NCBI GenBank assembly: GCA_020060565.1 | Contig: JAGVAE010000003.1 | Span: forward strand, 20,072-84,071 | Direction: 5' to 3' | From: Candidatus Woesebacteria bacterium | GTDB lineage: Bacteria > Patescibacteriota > Microgenomatia > UBA8517 | DNA length: 64,000 nucleotides | Shown: positions 30,200-38,758 of the stretch, piece by piece | How the letters are laid out: every line of letters begins with the position of its first letter | How positions within the stretch are numbered: position 1 is the first letter of the stretch | Program-made: the position numbers and the translations under genes | The notes under the pieces: generated by a model | Databases searched by the model: none | What the model was told of the DNA's origin: nothing | Seen by the model: only the letters and a program-made list of their open reading frames with translations

Positions 30200-31417
30200 A
30201 TGGGCTATTTTAAAGACACCCTAAAAGGAATTTCCTGGATGAGTGCACTCCGAGTCATGACCAGGGGAGTAGCAATTGTAAAAATTGCAATCTTAGCTAG
30301 AATTCTTTCTCCTTCCCAGTTTGGAATATACGGCATAGCTCTTCTTGTACTGGGATTTTTAGAAGTTCTAACAGAAACAGGAATAAACGTCTTTTTAATC
30401 CAGCAAAAAGATAAGACGAAGGAGTACCTGGACTCAGCTTGGGTAGTTTCAATTGCTAGGGGAGTTCTTATTGCACTTGTTATCATACTAGCCTCCCCTA
30501 TCATTGTTTGGTTTTTCAAGGTTCCAGAAGTTAAAAACTTACTCTTTATGGTAGCAGGAGTTGCAGTTCTTCGAGGTTTCATTAACCCAATGAAGGTAAT
30601 TTTTCAAATAAAATTGGATTTTATGAAAGAGTTTTTCTTCCAGGGATTTTTATACTTAGTAGATGCTGGTTTTGCGGTTGGTATCGGAATAATTACTCAT
30701 TCAGAGTCAGCCATGATAATAGGTATGTTAATAGCCACGGCGGTTGAGGTAATACTAAGCTTTGTAATATTCAAAGATAGACCAAAGCTTAAGCTGGAGG
30801 TTGAGAAAGTTAAAGAAGTCATAAGAAGCGGTAAATGGATAACAGGAGCTGGTGTATTTTCCTATATCTTTCAAAACATAGACAATGTTGTAGTTGGAAA
30901 ATTCCTAGGAGCCACATCACTTGGCTACTACCAACAGGCATATAGCATATCCACCTTACCAGTTTCTGAGGTGGGGCAGATATTTAATAAAGTAACATTT
31001 CCTGTATATGTAAAAATATCAGAAGACAAAGAAAGGTTGAAAAAAGCTTTCCTAAAAACCTTGGGACTAATTTCTCTACTTGTGGTTTTCTTTGGCACTC
31101 TCATTTTCTTTTTCTCCCATACGTTGATCTTAATTTTCCTTGGGGAAAAATGGCTGGTAATTGAACCAGTACTTAAAATTCTTGCTATCTTTGGAGTACT
31201 TAAATCTCTTCTTAACTTTAGCTACTCAGTCTTCTTAGCTCTTAAAATGCAAAAAATTGTGATGCTTTCAGAACTAACTGGAATAGTTGGCATGTGTATT
31301 GCAATATATCCAATGGTAACAAAATTTGGAATAATAGGAGCAGGCTATTCAACAATAATTGCTTTTGTTTGCAGTTTACCTGTTGTAATTATTTATCTTT
31401 TCAAAATATTTAAATGA
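30200..31417 (+). CDS. MOP/Wzx-type oligosaccharide flippase
   Basis: The start was moved to the ATG at 30200, after the GT2 stop. 12 or more TM segments with a polysaccharide-biosynthesis (Wzx) topology (ILARILSPSQFGIYGIALLVLGFLEVLTETGIN). Confidence 0.65.
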   Translation: MGYFKDTLKGISWMSALRVMTRGVAIVKIAILARILSPSQFGIYGIALLVLGFLEVLTETGINVFLIQQKDKTKEYLDSAWVVSIARGVLIALVIILASPIIVWFFKVPEVKNLLFMVAGVAVLRGFINPMKVIFQIKLDFMKEFFFQGFLYLVDAGFAVGIGIITHSESAMIIGMLIATAVEVILSFVIFKDRPKLKLEVEKVKEVIRSGKWITGAGVFSYIFQNIDNVVVGKFLGATSLGYYQQAYSISTLPVSEVGQIFNKVTFPVYVKISEDKERLKKAFLKTLGLISLLVVFFGTLIFFFSHTLILIFLGEKWLVIEPVLKILAIFGVLKSLLNFSYSVFLALKMQKIVMLSELTGIVGMCIAIYPMVTKFGIIGAGYSTIIAFVCSLPVVIIYLFKIFK

Positions 31418-32751
31418 AGACTGTAAGAAAATATCTTCCCTTAATCTTAATTTTAGTTTTAGGAGCCTTACTGCGTATTTACAAAATTGGACCTAATTAT
31501 TATTTTAGCGGAGAACTAGGTAAAGAACTACTCTACATCCGTCAGTATGCAGAGAGCCACACCTTACCCCTTGTTGGAATGGGAACTTCCCATGAATGGC
31601 TTTCATATGGACCTTTCTATTATTGGATAATGCTTCCCATTTTTAATACTCTCGGGGGAAACCCATTTATATTATTCTGGGTTTCCTTAGTTGTTAGCCT
31701 AGTTGGTTTGACTGTTGGTTACTTTGTTTTTAAAAGAATACTAAATGAAAGAATGGCATTGGTTGCAACTGCAATTGGCGCATTTTCTCCATTTCTGATA
31801 CTGCAAACCAGACTAAGTAAGCTTCACACTTTCTTTTTTTTAATCATGCCGTGCCTTACATATCTAACCTATCTTCTTTGGAACGGCAAAAAGAAATGGA
31901 TAATTCCCACAGGACTATTATTTGGAGTTTTATTCAGTTTCCATTTTAGCCAGATTCCACTCTTAGGAGTTATTGCTTTACTATTTGTTATTAAAAGAAA
32001 CGTTTATAAAATAAAACATTGGTTACTGTTTGGACTTGGAGTTATTATCCCCAATATTACATTCCTTTGGCAGGATAGAAATATACTTCTTTGGCTTCCA
32101 TATAGAGTAGTAAACATTGCAAATAAAAATCCGATTGAGACTATTAAACTTCTAAATGAATATTTGGGTAAATCAATTTTCTGGGACAGCCGTCTTTGGA
32201 TAATTGGCTCTGTTATTTTTCTAGCAATATTTATCTATTACATCATAAAAAACAAACATAAATTTGCAAAAGAATTCATTCCTTTTTATTTGATCTCTTC
32301 AATTTCATTAATGCTCTTGGCAAACATTTTACACGGTGCCCCACCTATTCATTACTTTTTACCAATGGTGGTAGCGCAGACTATTCTTGTTGGACTCTAT
32401 CTTTCAAAAGTGAAACTTTGGCCACAGATAATAGCTCTCGTAACAGTTGTTAATATTGTAGCTTTTCAAAATGACCCAATTTTTTATAAGGATTTTACAG
32501 GTCTTGTTAAAAACAGTGATATGGTTTCCTACGCAACTCAAAATGTTATAGCAGATTTTATTGTAGCCAGTGCAAATCAAAAACCAGTGTCAATTAAAAG
32601 AGTTGGAGCTTTTGACTATTTTCCAGAAAACTACTCTCAGAATTATAAGTACTTAGTTCTTTGGAAAGGCGGCCAAGTTATTGATAGCTCAGTTAATTCT
32701 TATACAATTACCGAAGATTCAAAGAAAGGAGAAGTAAGTGTTAAAAAATGA
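31414..32751 (+). CDS. GT-C fold membrane glycosyltransferase (ArnT/PMT family 39/83-like), putative
   Basis: 445 aa with about 11 TM segments. The N-terminal loop LRIYKIGPNYYFSGELGKELLYIRQY resembles the first extracytoplasmic acidic loop of ArnT/PMT. The assignment is tentative. Confidence 0.45.
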   Translation: MKTVRKYLPLILILVLGALLRIYKIGPNYYFSGELGKELLYIRQYAESHTLPLVGMGTSHEWLSYGPFYYWIMLPIFNTLGGNPFILFWVSLVVSLVGLTVGYFVFKRILNERMALVATAIGAFSPFLILQTRLSKLHTFFFLIMPCLTYLTYLLWNGKKKWIIPTGLLFGVLFSFHFSQIPLLGVIALLFVIKRNVYKIKHWLLFGLGVIIPNITFLWQDRNILLWLPYRVVNIANKNPIETIKLLNEYLGKSIFWDSRLWIIGSVIFLAIFIYYIIKNKHKFAKEFIPFYLISSISLMLLANILHGAPPIHYFLPMVVAQTILVGLYLSKVKLWPQIIALVTVVNIVAFQNDPIFYKDFTGLVKNSDMVSYATQNVIADFIVASANQKPVSIKRVGAFDYFPENYSQNYKYLVLWKGGQVIDSSVNSYTITEDSKKGEVSVKK

Positions 32752-33328
32752 TTTTGAAATAATTACTCTAAAAAAAGACACTATTACTGATTTTGCAAAA
32801 GAAAGAAACCTTCTTTTGGCAAAATCAAAAGCAACCTGGGTTTTTTTTGTAGATTCAGATGAAACGATTACGGAAAAACTAAAACGCGAAATAGTTGAAT
32901 GGTTAAATGGTTCAATAGCCAATAATTATAACGGATTTTACGTTTACAGGAGAAATTATTTTTTAGGGCAGTATGTAGGAACAGATAAGATACTAAGATT
33001 GGGAAGGAGGGGCAAAGGACAATGGCAACGTAGAGTTCACGAAACCTGGCAAATAAAAGGTAGAGTTGGAGTACTTAAAAACCCTTTAATTCATCTCACT
33101 GCAAAGAATCTGTATGAATTTATAGGCAAGATTGATAACTATTCAACGCTTCACGCAAAAGAAAATATAGAAAGTGGGAAAAAATCAAATATTGCAAAAA
33201 TTATTTTCTACCCAATGTTTAAGTTTATTCAAAGTATGGCAATGGGGCGTGGGTTTGTTATGAGCATGTTGCAATCATTTCACTCATTTTTAGCTTGGAG
33301 TAAGGTGTGGAGGCTGCAAAATACATGA
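32738..33328 (+). CDS. GT2-like protein, short or truncated (DXD region only)
   Basis: WVFFVDSDE is a DXD-type motif. The canonical N-terminal nucleotide-binding strand is missing. 196 aa. Confidence 0.35.
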   Translation: MLKNDFEIITLKKDTITDFAKERNLLLAKSKATWVFFVDSDETITEKLKREIVEWLNGSIANNYNGFYVYRRNYFLGQYVGTDKILRLGRRGKGQWQRRVHETWQIKGRVGVLKNPLIHLTAKNLYEFIGKIDNYSTLHAKENIESGKKSNIAKIIFYPMFKFIQSMAMGRGFVMSMLQSFHSFLAWSKVWRLQNT

Positions 33329-34458
33329 ATATAAAAAAAATAATATCACCAGACTGCATTTTTGTCTTTCTTTTCTTAATCCTTTTTCCTTTCGGTCAGA
33401 TCATAAGGATTGGAATAATTCACCCAATTGATTTAGTAGTTGGAGCAGCTATGCTTTATACAATTATTAAAAAACTTGAATATCCAGAGTTTTTTAAACA
33501 TCTTAAAGTATTTCTGGTTATAGCTGTATCTTCATGGATTTTTTCTATATTTATTTTTAGACATATTGAGGTAGTATATGGCCTTTTATATCTATTTCGA
33601 CTTGCTGCTTACTTATTTTTTAGTGTTTATGTTTGGAATTTTGTTAAGAAGGAAGACTCAAATAAAAAACTTCTTCTTAATTCTCTTTTAGCAATCTCCA
33701 TAGTATCAGCCTTTTTAGGTTGGATTCAGTTTTTGATACTACCTGATATAAAACCATTTTTTGTTTGGGGTTGGGATATGCATCTATTTCGTATTGTAGG
33801 AACTTTTCTTGACCCAACATTTTTGAGCTTAATAATAGTTTTTGGATCAATAATTTCAATCCTGCAAAAAAAATGGTTTTTTACACTATTTCTTTTGCTT
33901 TCTCTAGCCTTTACCTATTCAAGAGCTGGTTATCTAGCGTTTATTGGGGCAGTTTTTGCGATTATATATTTTGAAAAGAAGTTTAAAAAGCTAATTTTTC
34001 TTGTTTTGGGGCTGGTTGTAATTGCTTTCATTCTTCCAACGGCAAAAAATCAGAGTATTGAGCTATTCAGAACATTCTCTGCAGTTTCTAGAATTGAAAA
34101 CTACAAACAAACCATAAAACTATTCTCAAAGTCACCAGTATTTGGAGTTGGCTATAACAACATGTGTATTGCATACCAGAAATACATAGGCCCTCAGGAT
34201 TTTTCCTCACATGCTTGTTCAGGTTCGGATTCAAGCATTTTGTTCGTTTTGGCCACAACAGGTATTTCTGGTTTAATTGTCCTCATTTATGCTTCGAAAA
34301 AAATAATATATAGTGCTAAGCATTCTACATACTACATACTACTTGCTACTTCTTTTGTAGCCCTTCTAGTCCATAGTCTTTTTGGCAACTCCATGTTTTA
34401 CCCATGGATAATGGGATGGATGGTGATATTGCTTTCCTTGGCAAGTTCTACTCACTGA
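33307..34458 (+). CDS. O-antigen ligase/polymerase-like membrane protein (Wzy_C/WaaL family), putative
   Basis: 383 aa with about 10 TM segments and a large external loop containing YSRAGYLAFIGA, in a glycan-assembly context. Confidence 0.45.
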   Translation: MEAAKYMNIKKIISPDCIFVFLFLILFPFGQIIRIGIIHPIDLVVGAAMLYTIIKKLEYPEFFKHLKVFLVIAVSSWIFSIFIFRHIEVVYGLLYLFRLAAYLFFSVYVWNFVKKEDSNKKLLLNSLLAISIVSAFLGWIQFLILPDIKPFFVWGWDMHLFRIVGTFLDPTFLSLIIVFGSIISILQKKWFFTLFLLLSLAFTYSRAGYLAFIGAVFAIIYFEKKFKKLIFLVLGLVVIAFILPTAKNQSIELFRTFSAVSRIENYKQTIKLFSKSPVFGVGYNNMCIAYQKYIGPQDFSSHACSGSDSSILFVLATTGISGLIVLIYASKKIIYSAKHSTYYILLATSFVALLVHSLFGNSMFYPWIMGWMVILLSLASSTH

Positions 34459-35197
34459 AGTTCAACTTAAACTCCTTCTCAACTGAGTTTCCTGCTTGGT
34501 CAACAGATTTAATAGTAAATTTATTTTCACCACCATTAAGAGTTAAAGTGTATTGATATTTTCCAGATTCCTCAACAGAAACTATCCTGTCATTGATGGT
34601 GACACTAGCACCACTATCTGTAGTGCCCTGAATTGTCACTTGGCGCTGTTCAGAGCCATTAAAACTTGCTCCATCAGAAGGACTATCAATAATTAAGCTT
34701 GGAGGATCGTTGTCAAATACAACCTTCTTTTCAATAGTTTTCTGACTTACATTACCTGAAGGATCTTGAGTAATTGCAGAAAAATTATTATCTCCATCTT
34801 TTAATCCCAAATTTTGAAAAGTAAAATTACCATCTTTATCTACCAAGACTTCCTGTTCAGTCCCATTAAATGTTAGTTTAACGGTGGCTTCTGGTTCAGC
34901 AGTTCCTGTTAGCCCTATACTTTGCTTGTTTGTATAGTCGGGAACTATATCAAACTTAGGAGGAGCTGGAGGAGTTTTGTCATTTTGAGAACTTGTTGTT
35001 CCTCCCCTTAAGTCTGAGACAAATGAAGCTACCTTTCCAACAGCAGGAATACCAACAATAACTAAAACAGCAACGGCGGCAATAGAAAGAAGAATAAGAA
35101 GAACCGCATTTCTAAAGTTCCTTTTTTCTTCTACTGATTCTAATCTCGAGTATCTTAATCTCATATTATTTGAGCCGAGGGTGGGGATCGAACCCAC
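34448..35197 (-). CDS. Membrane-anchored protein with two Ig-like/bacterial Ig-like beta-sandwich domains
   Basis: N-terminal TM anchor (AVLLILLSIAAVAVLVIVGI), a Pro-rich linker, then two approximately 85-aa repeats rich in T/G/N/D (TVKLTFNGTEQEVLVDKDGNFTF; VTIQGTTDSGASVTINDRIVSV). Confidence 0.5.
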   Translation of the reverse strand: MGSIPTLGSNNMRLRYSRLESVEEKRNFRNAVLLILLSIAAVAVLVIVGIPAVGKVASFVSDLRGGTTSSQNDKTPPAPPKFDIVPDYTNKQSIGLTGTAEPEATVKLTFNGTEQEVLVDKDGNFTFQNLGLKDGDNNFSAITQDPSGNVSQKTIEKKVVFDNDPPSLIIDSPSDGASFNGSEQRQVTIQGTTDSGASVTINDRIVSVEESGKYQYTLTLNGGENKFTIKSVDQAGNSVEKEFKLNFSE

Positions 35198-35245
35198 TAC
35201 CTGCGGTTTACGATACCGCCGCTCTACCAGCTGAGCTACCTCGGC
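35173..35245 (-). tRNA. tRNA-Thr (anticodon CGT)
   Basis: Reverse complement GCCGAGGTAGCTCAGCTGGTAGAGCGGCGGTATCGTAAACCGCAGGTAGTGGGTTCGATCCCCACCCTCGGCT folds as a 73-nt cloverleaf. Anticodon stem GCGGT/ACCGC with loop ATCGTAA. Confidence 0.7.
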
Positions 35246-35273
35246 AATAAGTTGAATTATACCACTTCAAGGG

Positions 35274-36020
35274 TTAATACCCAGTAAATTTCTCAGACCG
35301 AATCTGCCCAGATGGCACTTTCATATTTCCCAAAATCTCTTCCATTGCATCATTAAATCCTGGAGGACCACAAACCCATAGGGTACAATTTTTAATTTTT
35401 AATTTATAATTTTTAATTAATTCATTTATTTTAATTTGGTCAAGGTGGCCTTCGGTACTACTTATTACATAATGAACTCTAATGTTTGAATTATTTTTAA
35501 CTATTTCATCAAACTTTCTCTTAAAAACAATGTCGTTATCAGAGTTGGAATAAATCAAATAAATAGGATTTGCCAATTTATTATCAACAACATACTTAAT
35601 AATGCTTCTAAATGGCGTAATTCCAATTCCTCCCGCAAGGAAAACATGAGACCCCTTCTCATTCTCATCAAAAAGAAAGGTTCCATTTGGTCCATCTGCT
35701 TTAATAACCTCTCCAATTGCAAGCTCATCAAGCGTTTTCTTGTACCCCGATTCTTCTCTGATTTTGGTTGTTAGCCTAATTGAATCAGTTTCAGTTGGGG
35801 AGGAAGCTATTGTAAAAAGTCGCGTAGCGCCTTTGGCGTCAGGATAGTTTAATTTGGCAAGAGTGTAATAAAGATACTGTCCAGCGGAAAAGGAAATAGA
35901 TTTTTCAGGTTTAAAGAAAAAAGACTTGGTTCCTTTAGCTTCATCAACCTTTTTAATAAGTATTAATTTCACTTTATATATTCTACCATCACAATTTACA
36001 GTATTAAAATCTGATTGCAT
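35274..36020 (-). CDS. FNR-family FAD/NAD(P)-binding oxidoreductase
   Basis: FAD motif RLFTIASSP (RxYS type); NAD(P) motif GGIGITPFRSI; size and order match ferredoxin-NADP reductase-like proteins. Confidence 0.7.
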   Translation of the reverse strand: MQSDFNTVNCDGRIYKVKLILIKKVDEAKGTKSFFFKPEKSISFSAGQYLYYTLAKLNYPDAKGATRLFTIASSPTETDSIRLTTKIREESGYKKTLDELAIGEVIKADGPNGTFLFDENEKGSHVFLAGGIGITPFRSIIKYVVDNKLANPIYLIYSNSDNDIVFKRKFDEIVKNNSNIRVHYVISSTEGHLDQIKINELIKNYKLKIKNCTLWVCGPPGFNDAMEEILGNMKVPSGQIRSEKFTGY

Positions 36021-36043
36021 TGTGTGTTATACTATACCCCCAC

Positions 36044-36340
36044 ATGGCTAAACAAAAGAATACAGATAGAGAAAAATTTGAAAGATATGCAGAAACTTAT
36101 AAGCTTTTGGCAAATGCCAAAAGACTTGAAATCTTAAGCCTTTTGGGAAGTGGAGAAAAAATAGTTACTGATTTGGTTAATGCGATGGAGATAAGAAAAG
36201 CTAATGTCTCCCAACACCTGGCACTTCTAAGGTATTTAAAATTTGTAAAAGTAAGAAGATTAGGAAAGAATGCTTTTTATAGCCTTACAAACCCCAAAAC
36301 TGTTGAGTTCTTCAAGATAATGGACTCGATAAATAAATAA
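36044..36340 (+). CDS. ArsR/SmtB family transcriptional regulator
   Basis: Winged HTH AKRLEILSLLGSGEKIVTDLVNAMEIRKANVSQHLALLR. The start was moved to the ATG at 36044. Confidence 0.75.
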   Translation: MAKQKNTDREKFERYAETYKLLANAKRLEILSLLGSGEKIVTDLVNAMEIRKANVSQHLALLRYLKFVKVRRLGKNAFYSLTNPKTVEFFKIMDSINK

Positions 36341-36411
36341 TCAAGGACAATCACTTTTAACCTTCTTATCCATCAATCATATAGTGATAATGATAAGTAA
36401 AAAGGTGAAAT

Positions 36412-36485
36412 TGGAGCGGGATACGGGAGTTGAACCCGTTTCTCTACCTTGGGAAGGTAGCGTTAGGCCGCTTAACTAATCCCGC
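36412..36485 (-). tRNA. tRNA-Gly (anticodon CCC), CCA encoded
   Basis: Reverse complement GCGGGATTAGTTAAGCGGCCTAACGCTACCTTCCCAAGGTAGAGAAACGGGTTCAACTCCCGTATCCCGCTCCA. Anticodon stem CTACC/GGTAG with loop TTCCCAA. Confidence 0.75.
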
Positions 36486-36520
36486 GCATACGGGATAATT
36501 ATATCATTTAGGATTCCAAG

Positions 36521-37072
36521 CTACCTTAGTAACATCAAAACATTCCCAGGGTGAATTACATTTGGATTATCAAGTTTATTTGCATTTGCAATTTCAACCC
36601 ATTTATATCCATCCCCATAAGCTTTAACTGCTATATTCCAAAGACTATCCCCATGAACTACAGTATAGGAATCTGCTGTAATAGCTTGAGTATTGGACTC
36701 GATTGTTACAACTTCTTTTGTTGCAGTTGGTTGTTTTGCTGAAACTTCTGGAAGCAATATTTCCTGGCCTACTTCAAGACTTTCAGATTCAAGTTTGTTT
36801 GCAGACATTACATCTGTCCAGTTATAACCACTTCCATATACATCTTCAGAAATTGACCACAAACTTTCACCTTCGGAAACTGTATGTACTTTACCAATTT
36901 GTGATTGATTTGTTGTGGTTAATGCTTCAGGTGTAGTTTGAGATCTTTTGTCTTTAAAATAATTAACAACTAATATTCCAACTATAACTATAACAAGTGC
37001 TCCCAAAACCATACTAATGCTTTCTTCATTAAGCTTTAAATTTTTGAGGAATTTTTTTAAATCAAATTTCAA
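36521..37072 (-). CDS. Membrane-anchored protein with two LysM peptidoglycan-binding domains
   Basis: N-terminal TM segment, then two LysM repeats (HTVSEGESLWSISEDVYGSGYNW...; YTVVHGDSLWNIAVKAYGDGYKW...ANKLDNPNVIHPGNVLML). Confidence 0.8.
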   Translation of the reverse strand: MKFDLKKFLKNLKLNEESISMVLGALVIVIVGILVVNYFKDKRSQTTPEALTTTNQSQIGKVHTVSEGESLWSISEDVYGSGYNWTDVMSANKLESESLEVGQEILLPEVSAKQPTATKEVVTIESNTQAITADSYTVVHGDSLWNIAVKAYGDGYKWVEIANANKLDNPNVIHPGNVLMLLR

Positions 37073-37177
37073 TATATTTCACCCCCCTTCGCCAAGGCTT
37101 CGGAGGGGCAAGCCACCTTGGATTTTATTCAGCCTCAATTTATATTAGGATTGGTTTGAAGTCAATAGGAAGAAAAA

Positions 37178-37780
37178 CTATGTTTGTTCTCTGTTTAGAT
37201 ATTTTAAAATCCAGATGTTTGTATTTGGTATGATTACTCGATTTTTGCTTCGAATATTTTTTAGTTCTTTTACTCCAAAGACATTTCCATCATTGTCAAT
37301 GATCTGCATTAAACGAAAAAAATCTTTAGGAGTTTTATAATACAGAGCTTCAATGGTTAAATTATTTCTTCCGTAAATAATATGTTTTCCAATTCTTCCA
37401 TTACTTAAGGTAAAAAATGTCGTGATATCTAAACACTGCTTTGATGTGCTAGTCGGTAGTTTTCCACAAACCTTGATCGTTAGTTCATTTTGACCTTGTT
37501 TACCATGAAATTTTCCCTCAGAACTTAGTAGTCCACTTAAATCATCCATCTTACCCTGAATTCCACTTTCTAAACCAAAAATTTTTCTTCCTGTTATAAC
37601 TTCCGATACTGCTTTGCGTATTTCAATAAATTCATATGAAAGTTGTTCTGTTGGAGGATTTGAATAATTTTTCCCTTCATCACCCTGCAAGCAACTTGGG
37701 TTGAAGTTTTCAATTAATCGGATAAAGCGGTGTCTAAATCTTTCTTTTTCGTTAAACATTGGCAGCATTTTAACACACAT
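37178..37780 (-). CDS. Hypothetical protein
   Basis: A 200-aa ORF with no recognisable motifs. It lies between the LysM gene and the intron-containing tRNA. Confidence 0.4.
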   Translation of the reverse strand: MCVKMLPMFNEKERFRHRFIRLIENFNPSCLQGDEGKNYSNPPTEQLSYEFIEIRKAVSEVITGRKIFGLESGIQGKMDDLSGLLSSEGKFHGKQGQNELTIKVCGKLPTSTSKQCLDITTFFTLSNGRIGKHIIYGRNNLTIEALYYKTPKDFFRLMQIIDNDGNVFGVKELKNIRSKNRVIIPNTNIWILKYLNREQT

Positions 37781-37820
37781 TTTTGAAGATTCAAGCGAAT
37801 CTAAATATTGAAGCTTAATT

Positions 37821-38095
37821 GGGCGGGATCGACGAGATTCGGACTCGCAACCTCTTCCGTGCGAAAAAATCTTCTTGTTTCCAAAAAGCTCGGACTATCT
37901 CATCACCCGCAGGGTGAAATTATCACCACCTTACGGGGCCAGGTATATAGTCTCTACACATTTACACTTTCGTGCTTTAGCTCGGGATTGCCATTTTAAA
38001 GGTTTCCCCGAATTAGCCTGGTTTTACATCCCGCATTACTGCGGGACGCTGCCACAATTGACAGGGAAGCGCTCTAGCCATTGAGCTACGACCCC
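37821..38095 (-). tRNA. Intron-containing tRNA; the insert has P/Q/R/S-like group I intron elements. Exons assemble to a 73-nt tRNA with an Asp-like (GUC) anticodon loop CTGT|CAC. Exon 1 is 38061-38095 and exon 2 is about 37824-37861.
   Basis: 5' exon GGGGTCGTAGCTCAATGGCTAGAGCGCTTCCCTGT gives the acceptor, D-arm and the 5' half of the anticodon stem CTTCC. 3' exon CACGGAAGAGGTTGCGAGTCCGAATCTCGTCGATCCCG supplies GGAAG pairing with CTTCC, a T-arm GCGAG-TCCGAAT-CTCGT, acceptor CGATCCC pairing with GGGGTCG, and discriminator G. A 199-nt insert separates them. Confidence 0.6.
37862..38060 (-). ncRNA. Candidate group I intron within the tRNA anticodon loop
   Basis: 199 nt. The 5' exon ends in U and the intron ends in G, with P1 CUGU/GCAG. 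P-like AAUGCGGGAUG pairs with Q-like CAAUCCCGAG (P4). R-like GUAGAGACUAUAUACC pairs with S-like GAGAUAGUCC (P7, GACUAU/AUAGUC). There is no internal ORF. Confidence 0.6.
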
Positions 38096-38177
38096 AATAA
38101 CAAAGTATTTTAACATAGACTACCTTACTTACCAAGCCTCAACAAAACATTTCAAACATAGACTTTATCTTATAGTT

Positions 38178-38708
38178 ATGTGGTATAATACCAACATGTT
38201 AGACACAGAGAAACCTAAACAGTTTGGAACAATAAACCTTAAAGGTGGTGAGCAGGATCATATGGCTGAATGCCAAAAGCTACTGCCATTTCTGTTGGAA
38301 ATTGACTTGTCCCAAAAGGGTATGGAGATATCGAAATTTGAAAAAGTTCTTAGAGTTTTAGAAATTGTCAGGTTTTCAGAAGAAAGCTTTCCTTGGATGA
38401 TGGGGTTAGGATTTAATGAAAAGGGTAATGTTGAAAAAATTGACCTAATATCTGATCCACATTATGATGAAACAAGCATAAATCACTCAATTTTTACGGG
38501 TCAGGTTTTAGAATTTCCAAATTTCTATGAACTTTGGGAAAAACCAGAAATCTTCATAAATAATATATCCCATGTAGCATCCTATGATGGGAAAAGAAAA
38601 CCATATGATGTTATTATGGCAGGTACCAAAAGTAGGATTCTAGTATTGGGTACACCAAACGACAACTTTTTAGCAAAAAAGGATGTTATATACGAGTTAG
38701 TTAAATAA
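38178..38708 (+). CDS. Hypothetical protein
   Basis: A 176-aa ORF with no recognisable motifs. Confidence 0.4.
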   Translation: MWYNTNMLDTEKPKQFGTINLKGGEQDHMAECQKLLPFLLEIDLSQKGMEISKFEKVLRVLEIVRFSEESFPWMMGLGFNEKGNVEKIDLISDPHYDETSINHSIFTGQVLEFPNFYELWEKPEIFINNISHVASYDGKRKPYDVIMAGTKSRILVLGTPNDNFLAKKDVIYELVK

Positions 38709-38758
38709 TTGCTTGACTTAAGCTAATGAGTTACCTATAATCCTGGCTAACATAGATC

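Noticed and set aside
37808-38084. Two six-frame ORFs (37808-37999 + and 37875-38084 +) across the tRNA/intron region
   Set aside because: They overlap a well-supported structured RNA (tRNA exons plus a candidate group I intron) on the opposite strand and have no coding signatures. Treated as artefacts.
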